A stretch of 45,568 bases of DNA, from assembly GCA_017992395.1 (NCBI GenBank), contig JAGOOS010000001.1, forward strand, positions 1 through 45,568, given 5' to 3'. The stretch comes from Candidatus Saccharimonadota bacterium (lineage in GTDB: Bacteria; Patescibacteriota; Saccharimonadia; Saccharimonadales; Saccharimonadaceae). The translations under genes were made by a program, and so were the position numbers. Of this stretch, positions 9,307 to 18,056 are shown in pieces. Under the pieces are notes generated by a model. That model had not been told where the DNA came from and did no database searches. It worked only from the letters and a program-made list of their open reading frames with translations. The number at the start of each line of letters is the position of its first letter. Position 1 is the stretch's first letter.

Positions 9307-10527
9307 ATGCCAGAAATTAAACCAAACGAAGTTCAGACATTTGCTAGTATTAAAGTTGTAGGTGTTGGTGGCGCTGGAGGAAGCGCAGTTAATCGAATGA
9401 AAGACGCAGGCCTTGGGGGCGTGCAGTTTATTGCTATGAACACAGATGCTCAAGCTTTGCATAACTCAAAAGCTGACACAAAAATCCACCTAGGCCACTC
9501 TACGACTAATGGTCTTGGTGCAGGTGCCGATCCTTCTGTAGGTGAAGCTGCAGCCAATGAATCTCGAGATGAGATTCGCGATTCTCTAGAAGGCGCGGAC
9601 ATGGTGTTTGTAACTATCGGTGCTGGTGGTGGAACTGGTTCTGGTGCTGGTCATGTTGTAGCTGAAATTGCAAGAGAACTTGGGATTTTAGTAGTTGGCG
9701 TGGCCACTCGTCCATTCAGTTTTGAGGGTGCTAAACGTAAAACTAATGCTGATTGGGCAATTGCTCAGCTTTCTCGTTCTGTCGACACTTTGATTACTAT
9801 TCCAAATGATAGACTTCTTCAAACTATTGATCGTCGAACTCCACTTCTTGAAACATTTAAAATTGCCGACGACGTATTACGTCAAGGTGTGCAGGGAATA
9901 TCAGAACTTATTACCGAACACGGTCTAATTAACCTCGACTTTGCTGACGTTAAAGCCGTTATGAGCAATGCTGGGTCGGCATTAATGGGTATTGGTCGTG
10001 CTAGCGGCGAAGACCGTGCCGCACAGGCTGCTCAACAGGCTATTGAGTCTCCACTAATCGAAGTATCAATTGATGGTGCCCGGGGTGTGCTATTCAATGT
10101 ATCTGGTGGTTATGATATGAGCATGAGCGAGATCCAAGAAGCCGCTGAGATTATTACTGGTGCAGTTTCACCAGATGCAAACATTATCTTTGGTGCAACT
10201 CTGAAACCTGATCTCGAAGATGAACTAATTATTACTGTGATTGCTACTGGTTTTGATGGCATTTATAGCGATATTCAACCAGTCCAAACTCTAGATAATG
10301 TAGTTGAACAAACGTTCTCTCTAGAAAATAACGATGACGACACTCAAGATGAATCTGAGAGTTCTCCAATCTCTGAAGCTATTGATATGGAGCTAGAGAC
10401 TAAAGATCCTACAGCTGATTTCGCTGATGAAACTGAAACTGCAAACATTTGGGCCACGGCTGATGACGATGAAGAGAATGATACCCCAGCATTTTTACGA
10501 AGAAGAAAGCGAAATAAGAAGAACTAA
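9307..10527 (+). CDS. ftsZ: Cell division protein FtsZ
   Basis: VGVGGAGG, tubulin signature [15 protein letters not shown], and C-terminal DTPAFLRR. Confidence 0.99.
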   Translation: MPEIKPNEVQTFASIKVVGVGGAGGSAVNRMKDAGLGGVQFIAMNTDAQALHNSKADTKIHLGHSTTNGLGAGADPSVGEAAANESRDEIRDSLEGADMVFVTIGAGGGTGSGAGHVVAEIARELGILVVGVATRPFSFEGAKRKTNADWAIAQLSRSVDTLITIPNDRLLQTIDRRTPLLETFKIADDVLRQGVQGISELITEHGLINLDFADVKAVMSNAGSALMGIGRASGEDRAAQAAQQAIESPLIEVSIDGARGVLFNVSGGYDMSMSEIQEAAEIITGAVSPDANIIFGATLKPDLEDELIITVIATGFDGIYSDIQPVQTLDNVVEQTFSLENNDDDTQDESESSPISEAIDMELETKDPTADFADETETANIWATADDDEENDTPAFLRRRKRNKKN

Positions 10528-10530
10528 TAG

Positions 10531-10977
10531 ATGGAAAATTATAAAATCGACGAGACTAAAGTTTTAGAAAGCCGGATCTCAGCAGACGGGCAATCTATTC
10601 GTAGACGTCGATTGGCCGCCGATGGCACTCGTTTCACTACTTATGAGAGAGTAGAAAAGCCCGAGTTAGTAGTTATAAAAAGCCATGGTGGTCAAGAATA
10701 TTTTGATCGCGACAAACTTCGCAGAGCTATAATTAGATCGGTTGGTAAGTTTGTTCCAGATATGCAAGTTGAAGAAATAATTAATCGAGTTGAAAATAAT
10801 TTACTGAGAAACGGCAATAAAATTCCTTCACGTAAGATTGGTGAAGAAGTTTTATCGGCATTGTTTGATATAAATAAAGTTGCATATATACGTTTTGCCA
10901 GCGTTTTTCATGAATTTGAGACGATTGATGATTTTGAAGAAATTCTAGCAAGAAGTAAAAAAGAGGAAACAAAATGA
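10531..10977 (+). CDS. nrdR: Transcriptional repressor NrdR (zinc-ligand cysteines absent)
   Basis: KVLESR...SIRRRR...RFTTYER, ATP-cone FDRDKL and VAYIRFASV. Confidence 0.92.
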   Translation: MENYKIDETKVLESRISADGQSIRRRRLAADGTRFTTYERVEKPELVVIKSHGGQEYFDRDKLRRAIIRSVGKFVPDMQVEEIINRVENNLLRNGNKIPSRKIGEEVLSALFDINKVAYIRFASVFHEFETIDDFEEILARSKKEETK

Positions 10978-11231
10978 AAGCAGTAGTTGTATATAAAGAA
11001 AATAGTGATCACGCCCGGGAAGTGTTTGACTATTTAAGGGATTTTGAGCGCCAAACAGGCAAAAAGCTTGAAGAAATCGATCCAGAAAAGCGAGAAAATA
11101 TTGGATTCGTCGAAACTTACGACATAGTTGAATATCCAACTATCTTGGCATTAACAGATAATGGTCAAGTAATAAATATGTGGCGTGGCCGACCTTTACC
11201 TACGATCAATGAAGTTAGTTTCTACGCTTAA
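10974..11231 (+). CDS. Small thioredoxin-fold-like hypothetical protein lacking CxxC
   Basis: ATGA overlap with nrdR. YDIVEYPTILAL..G....W.G matches the cis-Pro region of the Trx fold. Confidence 0.6.
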   Translation: MKAVVVYKENSDHAREVFDYLRDFERQTGKKLEEIDPEKRENIGFVETYDIVEYPTILALTDNGQVINMWRGRPLPTINEVSFYA

Positions 11232-11248
11232 ATTATTACGTCGATTTG

Positions 11249-11277
11249 TTGCATAAAAAGCTATTTTCTAGTATAAT
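11249..11277 (+). promoter_or_regulatory. Sigma70 promoter of the T-box/tag-arsC-ileS transcript
   Basis: TTGCAT-17nt-TATAAT. Confidence 0.75.
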
Positions 11278-11282
11278 TATGG

Positions 11283-11500
11283 TAATGACGGTTTGCTCAT
11301 AAAGATGCAAAATAGCGACTATCAACCGTGAATGTCACCAAGAAGAAAAGTTAGTTCTTAGTAGAACTTGGCGGGAAAGCTCCGATAAAGCTAAATCGAG
11401 CGCTAAAAGAATCATTTCTTTTGGAAATCAGATGGTACCGTTCGTGAAAACGAATTCTGATACTATAAAACTGATATCTAAAGGAAGTGATTTTTATTTT
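11283..11500 (+). ncRNA. T-box riboswitch, Ile-specific, with a short stem I
   Basis: Antiterminator TCAGA-TGGTACC-GTTCG...CGAAT-TCTGA (bulge 11433-11439). Stem I ACGGTT...AACCGT with ATC codon at 11321-11323. Stem II CCAAG...AGTA...CTTGG. Located upstream of an ileS-containing operon. Confidence 0.8.
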
Positions 11501-11510
11501 AAGGTAAAAT

Positions 11511-12068
11511 ATGAGATGTAAATGGGCTGAGCAGAACGATCTTGAGTGCAAATACCACGACGAAGAATGGGGTATGCCAGTTAGAGATAGTCAGAAATTA
11601 TTTGAAAAGCTCTGCTTAGAAGGCGCCCAAGCTGGTTTATCGTGGGATATTATTTTAAAAAAGAGGGAAGACTACCGTAGAGCATTTCACGGATTTGATG
11701 TTGAAACAGTGGCAAAAATGACCGACGAGGAATTAGATAATATTCTAAAAACCGCAAATGTCGTTAAAAATCGTCTAAAGGTTTACAGTGTGCGGGCAAA
11801 TGCAATTGCGGCCTTAGAGATTATGAAAAATCGTGATTTTAGCGACTATTTATGGAGTTTTGTTGGTGGTAGTCCAATTGATAATGCTAGAAAAAGTCAA
11901 TCGGATATTCCAGCCTTAACCGATTATTCAGAAAAGATGAGTAAAGATCTTAAAGAGCATGGTTTTAAATTTGTCGGGCCAACCATTTGTTATGCATTTA
12001 TGCAATCAATGGGTATGGTGAATGACCACGTTGCAAACTGTTTTAGATATGAGGAGGTCAAAATATGA
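11511..12068 (+). CDS. tag: DNA-3-methyladenine glycosylase I
   Basis: RC.W, YHDEEWG, LEGAQAGLSW, GFKFVGPTICYAFMQ.GMVNDH...C. Confidence 0.97.
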   Translation: MRCKWAEQNDLECKYHDEEWGMPVRDSQKLFEKLCLEGAQAGLSWDIILKKREDYRRAFHGFDVETVAKMTDEELDNILKTANVVKNRLKVYSVRANAIAALEIMKNRDFSDYLWSFVGGSPIDNARKSQSDIPALTDYSEKMSKDLKEHGFKFVGPTICYAFMQSMGMVNDHVANCFRYEEVKI

Positions 12069-12424
12069 TAATTTACTGCTATAAAAGATGCTCAACATGC
12101 AAAAAGGCAATTAAATTCTTAAAAGATAATAACGCTACATTTGAAGAAATTGATTATACTGAGCATCCGCTCTCGAAAGAACAGATAAAAAAGTATTGGC
12201 ATAAATCAGGTCTGCCACTCAAGAAGTTCTTTAATACTAGCGGAATATTATATAGAGAATTTAAACTAAAAGACAAAATATCCGAGATGTCAGAATCTGA
12301 TCAGATAGAAATTCTATCAAAGAACCCAAAACTGATAAAAAGACCGCTACTAGTTTTAAAAGATAAAGTTGAAATAGGTTTTAATGAGCAAAAATGGAAA
12401 AGTATAACAAAGGAGACATTGTGA
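12065..12424 (+). CDS. ArsC/Spx family protein (YusI-like)
   Basis: CSTCKKA, FFNTSG..YRE, LIKRPLLV and IGFNE..W. Confidence 0.9.
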   Translation: MIIYCYKRCSTCKKAIKFLKDNNATFEEIDYTEHPLSKEQIKKYWHKSGLPLKKFFNTSGILYREFKLKDKISEMSESDQIEILSKNPKLIKRPLLVLKDKVEIGFNEQKWKSITKETL

Positions 12425-15417
12425 AATTTGAAGCAAACTCAAGAAAAAGAGCTAAAGAATATGAAGCAGATGTTCTAAAAAAATGGCAAGACGAGAAAAC
12501 TTTTGAAAAGTCAGTCGAACAGCGACCGATTGATAATTCTTTCGTTTTTTACGACGGACCTCCATTCATTACAGGCGTGCCTCACCATGGCACACTATTA
12601 AGCTCGATTGTGAAAGACGCTGTACCACGATATCAAACCATGCTTGGTAAAAGAGTGGAGCGTAGATGGGGCTGGGACTGTCACGGTTTACCTGCAGAAA
12701 ACTTCGTTGAGAAGAAGCTTGGTATTACTGATAGGCGTGAAATCGGTACGAAAATTTCACTTGAAGATTATATCGTAACGGCGCGCGAAAGCATGGTAGC
12801 AACAGCTGGATTATGGGAAAATACGATTGACCGCATTGGTCGTTGGGTTGAATTTAGCAACGCATACAAAACTATGGACAAAGACTTTATGGAGAGCGTT
12901 TGGTGGGCGTTTAAAACTCTGTATGAAAAGGGCAAAATTTATGAGGGTGAAAAAGTTTTGATGTTTGATACGAAATTTGCAACGCCCGTAAGTAAGAACG
13001 AAGTCACTATGGACAACGATGCCTATCAAACGGTAACTGATCCAAGCGTTTTTGTCAAGTTTAAGCTAAAAGATTTCACTGATCCTGACGGAACTAAAGA
13101 AGAAACTTATATGCTAGCATGGACAACCACTCCATGGACGTTACCTGGAAATACCGCGCTCGCCGTTAATCCAAATATGACCTATGCTAAGGTTGCGGTA
13201 AAGAATGAAGCTGGTGAAGTTGAACGATTCATTATTGCTCAAGATTTGATTGAGAAAGTTTTGATTGATGAAAAAAATAACCCTATTTCATACGGCTTAG
13301 AGGCTTTGGTTGATGGTAGCGAATTAGTAGGCCTAGAATATTACCCATTATTTGGTAATTTATTTGATAATAATAAAGATCGTAAGTCATACTTTAGTAT
13401 TTTTGGCTCAAGTAAGCAACAGCCCCTAAACAACTTTAGGGTTTGGTCGGCTGATTATGTATCTGCAGATTCTGGTACGGGAGTTGTGCATATTGCACCA
13501 AGCTATGGTGAAGAGGACTTTGAGTTAGCAAAAAAAGAGAATATTGGTATTTTGCACATTCTTGATGATGATGGGATTTATTATGATGACATCTCAAGAA
13601 AACTTTATGATGTTATGCCATGGAAGGACGATACTCAAGATCTAGAAGTTTGGAGTTCAAATAAAGATATTGCAAAAGGCTTAAAGAAAGCTGGTATCGT
13701 TTGGAAGATTGATTACATCCAGCACGAATATCCATTTAATCCTCGTAGTAAACAACGTATCATGTATCGAGCAATTCCAAGCTGGTTCTTTGATATCGAA
13801 GGCCAGAAAGGTTTAATGTTAGAACAAAACGAGAATATAAACTGGTTTCCTGGCCATTTAAAACATGGTCGATTCGCTAAAAATATTGAGGCTGCACCGG
13901 ACTGGAACCTATCGCGCGATCGTTTCTGGGCGACTGCTATGCCTGTATGGAAAACCGAAAGTGGAAAGATAAAAGTTGTAGGTTCATATGAAGAGTTAAA
14001 AGAGTTGAGCGGTGTAGAATTAGAAGATTACCATCGCCCTTGGGTGGACGATATTACTTTTGAAATTGATGGTGAGAAGTATACTCGCATTGATAAAGTT
14101 CTCGATTGCTGGTTTGAAAGTGGCTCGATGCCGTTTGCACAGTTCCATTACCCATTTGAAAATAAAGAAAAATTCGAATCCAATTTCCCTGGAGACTTCA
14201 TTGTTGAATACGTTGGCCAAGTTCGTGCGTGGTTTTATTATGTACATACGATTAATACTGCATTGTTTGGCGAAAACGCTTTTAAGAATGTTATCACTAC
14301 TGGAGTAGTAGCTGGTAATGATGGCCGAAAGATGAGTAAGTCTTTAGGCAACTTTACTGATCCAACTGAGCTAATGGATCAATATTCAGCCGATAGCCTC
14401 CGTTTCTTACTGCTTAGCTCGCCTTTGCTGAACGGTGAAGATTTTGCTCTACATGATAAAGATGTTAGCGATATCGCCCGTAAGCTTTCAATGATTTGGA
14501 ATATGTACGACTTCTTTACAATGTATGCGAGTGTTGATGGCTGGGAGTTTGAAGGTGACTTAAAAGACCCGAGTAATGAGCTTCAAAACCCACTCGATAA
14601 ATGGATCGTCAGCCGCGTTCATCAGCTTCGCAACGATGTTACTGAGAACATGGATAAGTATGACCTGCCGCGAGCGCTTGAAGGTGTTTTGCCAATGGTT
14701 GACGATGCATCTAACTGGTTTGTGCGCCGGTCTCGCCGTCGTTTTTGGAAAAGTGAAAACGGTGCAGATAAATTGCAAGCATATAAGACTCTACATTATG
14801 TTTTGAGCTATTTAGCGCTGATTCTAGCGCCCTTTACGCCATTTTTGAGTGAGGAGCTATGGTCTAAACTAATCGGCGGTGAGAGTGTTCATTTGAAAGA
14901 TTGGCCTGAAGCAGGGGTAATCGATGAGGAGGTTCTTGCTGATATGGCCGAAGTCCGATCGCAAGTAAATGAAGCCTTAGCTCTTCGTGCTAAAAACAGT
15001 GTTAAAATTCGCCAGCCGCTAGCCAGCGCTACAGTTATTAAAAATGGCAAAACTTTTGACTTTACGCCAATTTTAACGGAGGAGCTCAATATAAAATCCG
15101 TTAACTACGGTGGTGAAGAAACTATACTAGATCTCAACCTAACCGACGATTTGAAAGCTGAAGGCACTAGTCGAGAAGTGATTAGGCATATTCAGAATTC
15201 CCGCAAAAAGGCTGGTCTAAATGTCGATGACCGAATTAAGTTAAACTTAGACTTTGATGATGATTTTCTAGCCTTTTCAATAGACAAGTTCATTAATGAA
15301 ATATCCAAAGAGGTGCTAGCTGAAGACGTTAAGCTCAACCAACATATTGAATTTAGCTATAGTCAATCAGTTAAGGTTGATTCGCAAGAACTAAAAATAT
15401 CTCTTGAGAAGATATAA
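12421..15417 (+). CDS. ileS: Isoleucine--tRNA ligase, type 2 (eukaryote-like)
   Basis: FYDGPPF, GWDCHGLP, WTTTPWTLP, GTGVVHIAP, DWNLSRDRFW and KMSKS, with no C-terminal Zn finger. GTG 12421 follows AAGGAG (track start 12394). Confidence 0.97.
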   Translation: MKFEANSRKRAKEYEADVLKKWQDEKTFEKSVEQRPIDNSFVFYDGPPFITGVPHHGTLLSSIVKDAVPRYQTMLGKRVERRWGWDCHGLPAENFVEKKLGITDRREIGTKISLEDYIVTARESMVATAGLWENTIDRIGRWVEFSNAYKTMDKDFMESVWWAFKTLYEKGKIYEGEKVLMFDTKFATPVSKNEVTMDNDAYQTVTDPSVFVKFKLKDFTDPDGTKEETYMLAWTTTPWTLPGNTALAVNPNMTYAKVAVKNEAGEVERFIIAQDLIEKVLIDEKNNPISYGLEALVDGSELVGLEYYPLFGNLFDNNKDRKSYFSIFGSSKQQPLNNFRVWSADYVSADSGTGVVHIAPSYGEEDFELAKKENIGILHILDDDGIYYDDISRKLYDVMPWKDDTQDLEVWSSNKDIAKGLKKAGIVWKIDYIQHEYPFNPRSKQRIMYRAIPSWFFDIEGQKGLMLEQNENINWFPGHLKHGRFAKNIEAAPDWNLSRDRFWATAMPVWKTESGKIKVVGSYEELKELSGVELEDYHRPWVDDITFEIDGEKYTRIDKVLDCWFESGSMPFAQFHYPFENKEKFESNFPGDFIVEYVGQVRAWFYYVHTINTALFGENAFKNVITTGVVAGNDGRKMSKSLGNFTDPTELMDQYSADSLRFLLLSSPLLNGEDFALHDKDVSDIARKLSMIWNMYDFFTMYASVDGWEFEGDLKDPSNELQNPLDKWIVSRVHQLRNDVTENMDKYDLPRALEGVLPMVDDASNWFVRRSRRRFWKSENGADKLQAYKTLHYVLSYLALILAPFTPFLSEELWSKLIGGESVHLKDWPEAGVIDEEVLADMAEVRSQVNEALALRAKNSVKIRQPLASATVIKNGKTFDFTPILTEELNIKSVNYGGEETILDLNLTDDLKAEGTSREVIRHIQNSRKKAGLNVDDRIKLNLDFDDDFLAFSIDKFINEISKEVLAEDVKLNQHIEFSYSQSVKVDSQELKISLEKI

Positions 15418-15426
15418 AAATATAAA

Positions 15427-15467
15427 AATACCTACCTTCCATAAGATAAGGTAGGTATTGACTTTTT
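15427..15467 (+). terminator. Terminator after ileS
   Basis: Perfect 12-bp stem AATACCTACCTT/AAGGTAGGTATT, followed by GACTTTTT. Confidence 0.75.
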
Positions 15468-15503
15468 AAATAACTTATGCTATAGTTAAAGTATAAGTTA
15501 TTT
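15458..15503 (+). promoter_or_regulatory. Sigma70 promoter with an inverted repeat around the -10
   Basis: TTGACT-17nt-TATAGT with extended TG. AAATAACTTATGCT (15468-15481) and AGTATAAGTTATTT (15490-15503) form a 13/14 inverted repeat. Confidence 0.7.
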
Positions 15504-15543
15504 TTAAATAAATACAAATAAAAACAAAAAATAAAAGGCAAAA

Positions 15544-16008
15544 ATGGACAAATTTAACAAAAAAAATGAAAAGTTTGAAAATTCCAGTGAATTTGAATCA
15601 TTTAATTTCAATACGCTCGAAAATCAAGCCGAACATATTTCGTCCGAACGAAAAGTCGAGATAGAGCATAGCAGAGAACTAGAAGCTCACGATAATCGTG
15701 AAGCTTTATTGGCTATGTATGAAACACACGAAGCCCGAGATCGGGATGTGTCATCTTTTGAGGCAAATGAAATAGGCAAAGCTTTAAATAACGAGAATAT
15801 CTATTTAAACGACTACCAGGCGACTTTTGCGACATATAGTGATCGCGATGGTTTTGACTTAAGGTCTAATAACAACTCGAGCCAAGAGTTTCTAGATGAA
15901 TCTATCAAACTAACAAAATCAGAGAAAAATACTACAACATTTTCTGGCAAAACATCAAATGTTGCAAAAGCTTTAGCCATAACACTTGGGCTAAGCAAAA
16001 TTAGCTAA
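15544..16008 (+). CDS. Hypothetical acidic protein
   Basis: 154 aa ORF with its own promoter and an AAGG RBS. No family recognised. Confidence 0.65.
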   Translation: MDKFNKKNEKFENSSEFESFNFNTLENQAEHISSERKVEIEHSRELEAHDNREALLAMYETHEARDRDVSSFEANEIGKALNNENIYLNDYQATFATYSDRDGFDLRSNNNSSQEFLDESIKLTKSEKNTTTFSGKTSNVAKALAITLGLSKIS

Positions 16009-16046
16009 ATATAATTTGCTTTTTTGCTAGATATAGTATATAAGCA

Positions 16047-16085
16047 TTGACAAATTAAACTATTTATGCTAATATAAAAACATAA
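16047..16085 (+). promoter_or_regulatory. Sigma70 promoter of the 646-aa surface protein gene
   Basis: TTGACA-17nt-TAATAT; TTATG-N12-CATAA flanks the -10. Confidence 0.7.
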
Positions 16086-16108
16086 CAATTACAAAAAAGG
16101 ATCAAAGT

Positions 16109-18049
16109 ATGGAAAAAGGATTTAAAGGAAAGTCTCAAGTTGGATGGACGGAAGCCTACTCAAAAGGTTACGATGCTATTGACTGGGGAAAAACCTCTGA
16201 GAAAAATAAAGAAGAAACTAAACTAGTTAATAAAAACAAACTAGAAGGATCTGAGAACAGTGACCCAACACTTCAATTGGGGTATACGGAAAATTTAACT
16301 CCATTTAATATTAGCGACCAAGAATTAAGCCTTGATGAACTAGATAAAAAACGACAAGAAGCTTTTGCTCGTGGTGGAGATTCTGATCCAGATTTTCTAC
16401 GATACAACACTGTTTATATTGAAAAAAAATCCAACATTCTTGGTAACATTGCAAAAGATAAAGAGAACGAGCCTTTATTGCTAGATTATACTGAGGAAAA
16501 TGCTTCAGAAGATAAAAATTCAATTATTCAAGAGGGTCACCTAACTAAATCTATTGGCGAAAACCAGCTAGGTGGATTTGGAAAATCTGCAGCTCAATCT
16601 AATGCCGAAGCCTGGTCTAAAGAAATTAATACTGATCCAGTTGCTAAAGAAGATAAAAAATCAGACGAAGATCCAGTCACTAAAGATGCTTCTCCTGAAA
16701 CTATCGAAAAGAAAGAGAATTGGTTTAATAAAATTCGTAAGAGCAAGATAGGAAAAGTCGTAATTGGCGCAGCAGCGTTCTTGACTGTTGCGGGCGGTCT
16801 AGCTTTTGGGCTATCGCGCGGCGATTCGGAAAATGATAAGGATACTTCTGATAATAATACCGATCCAAAAACAGAACAGTCTTCTACTATGGAGAACAGT
16901 AGCGAGATTGGAAGTTCATTTACTATAGACCCTAATGCTGCAGGCATTCTAAAGACTGAAAATGGTGCTTTAGAGCAAGAAAGCACTCAAAATAAAAAAG
17001 GTAACTTTTACGATGAGAACAAAGAGAGTAAATACGACTTTGGTTCTGCAATTGAAGAAGGTGATACGAATGAAGAAACGTTTGCAAACTTCTTAGAGCG
17101 AATTAATGTAGATAATATAACGGCTGTTTCTGCTCAAGCTTGGTATATGGGACTACCTGAACTAAACGGAATGGAATATTCTGAAGTTGAATCATATGTT
17201 GAAAATATGGACGATTCTGGTAAGCAGTCATTTGTTGACAGGCTTAAGGATTATATGGATAACGAATATGCTGACCAGATAGTCGTTGAGAATATAACAT
17301 CTAATTATGACTCTATGTATCTAATTGAAGATATAGAGAATGGAGATCTGGATCTTGCAAAAGCTACTAATTTAACACCGAACGGCAAAATGATCACACT
17401 TATAAATAAGCAGGGTGAGAAAAAACATTTCCGCCTACCGTGTGGTGGCCAGCCAGTGATTATTCTAAGCGATGGAACGGTTATTGAGTTACCTGGTAAA
17501 GAGATTCCTGCTTCTGAGGTAACCCCTGAAACCCCAGAAGTTCCAATAGTACCAGAAACCCCTGAAACGCCGGAAGTACCAGAAACCCCTGAAACGCCGG
17601 AAGTACCCGAAACTCCTGAAACGCCGGAAGTACCCGAAACTCCTGAAGAACTAACTCCAAAAGATCCATCTAAGGATATCAATATCAATCCAGACCTGAA
17701 CGAAGAAGCTGTAGATACTGGCGGTAATCATGAAGTTGATACAAATGAAGGCAATTCACAGGATGAACAGCAGAGTATTGAGGAAGATAATGGTCAAGCA
17801 GAAATTCCTCCAGTAAATAATATCGACGAATCAACCACTTCTCCAGACACAGAAACTGACGGCACTGTAACCGACACTTCTGGAGAAACCCACGAGGACG
17901 CCCTAGAAGAAGTTGGACCAGCTGAAGAAGGTGTAAATAAAGAAGTTGATGATAGTGTAATTCAGGATCTTGAAGAATCTGGCGCAGGAGGCTTTGAAGA
18001 TGAAAATGGGCAATCAACAAATCAAGGTAACTCAGGTCGAGTAGAATAA
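16109..18049 (+). CDS. Single-pass membrane protein with a large acidic C-terminal region and PETPEV repeats
   Basis: Basic stretch KIRKSKIGK, then TM helix VVIGAAAFLTVAGGLAFGL, a globular region ending FRLPCGGQPV, Pro/Glu/Thr repeats and a very acidic tail. AAGGA RBS. Confidence 0.8.
   Translation: MEKGFKGKSQVGWTEAYSKGYDAIDWGKTSEKNKEETKLVNKNKLEGSENSDPTLQLGYTENLTPFNISDQELSLDELDKKRQEAFARGGDSDPDFLRYNTVYIEKKSNILGNIAKDKENEPLLLDYTEENASEDKNSIIQEGHLTKSIGENQLGGFGKSAAQSNAEAWSKEINTDPVAKEDKKSDEDPVTKDASPETIEKKENWFNKIRKSKIGKVVIGAAAFLTVAGGLAFGLSRGDSENDKDTSDNNTDPKTEQSSTMENSSEIGSSFTIDPNAAGILKTENGALEQESTQNKKGNFYDENKESKYDFGSAIEEGDTNEETFANFLERINVDNITAVSAQAWYMGLPELNGMEYSEVESYVENMDDSGKQSFVDRLKDYMDNEYADQIVVENITSNYDSMYLIEDIENGDLDLAKATNLTPNGKMITLINKQGEKKHFRLPCGGQPVIILSDGTVIELPGKEIPASEVTPETPEVPIVPETPETPEVPETPETPEVPETPETPEVPETPEELTPKDPSKDININPDLNEEAVDTGGNHEVDTNEGNSQDEQQSIEEDNGQAEIPPVNNIDESTTSPDTETDGTVTDTSGETHEDALEEVGPAEEGVNKEVDDSVIQDLEESGAGGFEDENGQSTNQGNSGRVE
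17519..17646 (+). repeat. Intragenic 27-bp tandem repeat encoding (VPETPETPE)n
   Basis: GTACC(A/C)GAAAC(C/T)CCTGAAACGCCGGAA three times from 17568, plus partial and degenerate copies on each side. Confidence 0.9.
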
Positions 18050-18056
18050 AAAAGGA

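Noticed and set aside
11351..11551. 66-aa minus-strand ORF
   Set aside because: It overlaps the T-box leader and the tag start; the RNA element explains the region.
16025..16038. TGCTAGATATAGTA resembling a single NrdR box
   Set aside because: NrdR boxes normally occur in tandem upstream of nucleotide-metabolism genes. This is a single AT-rich match before an unrelated gene and may be part of a weak hairpin.
17519..17646. Possible CRISPR-like array
   Set aside because: Repeats are contiguous, in frame and spacer-free, with no cas genes; this is a coding VNTR.
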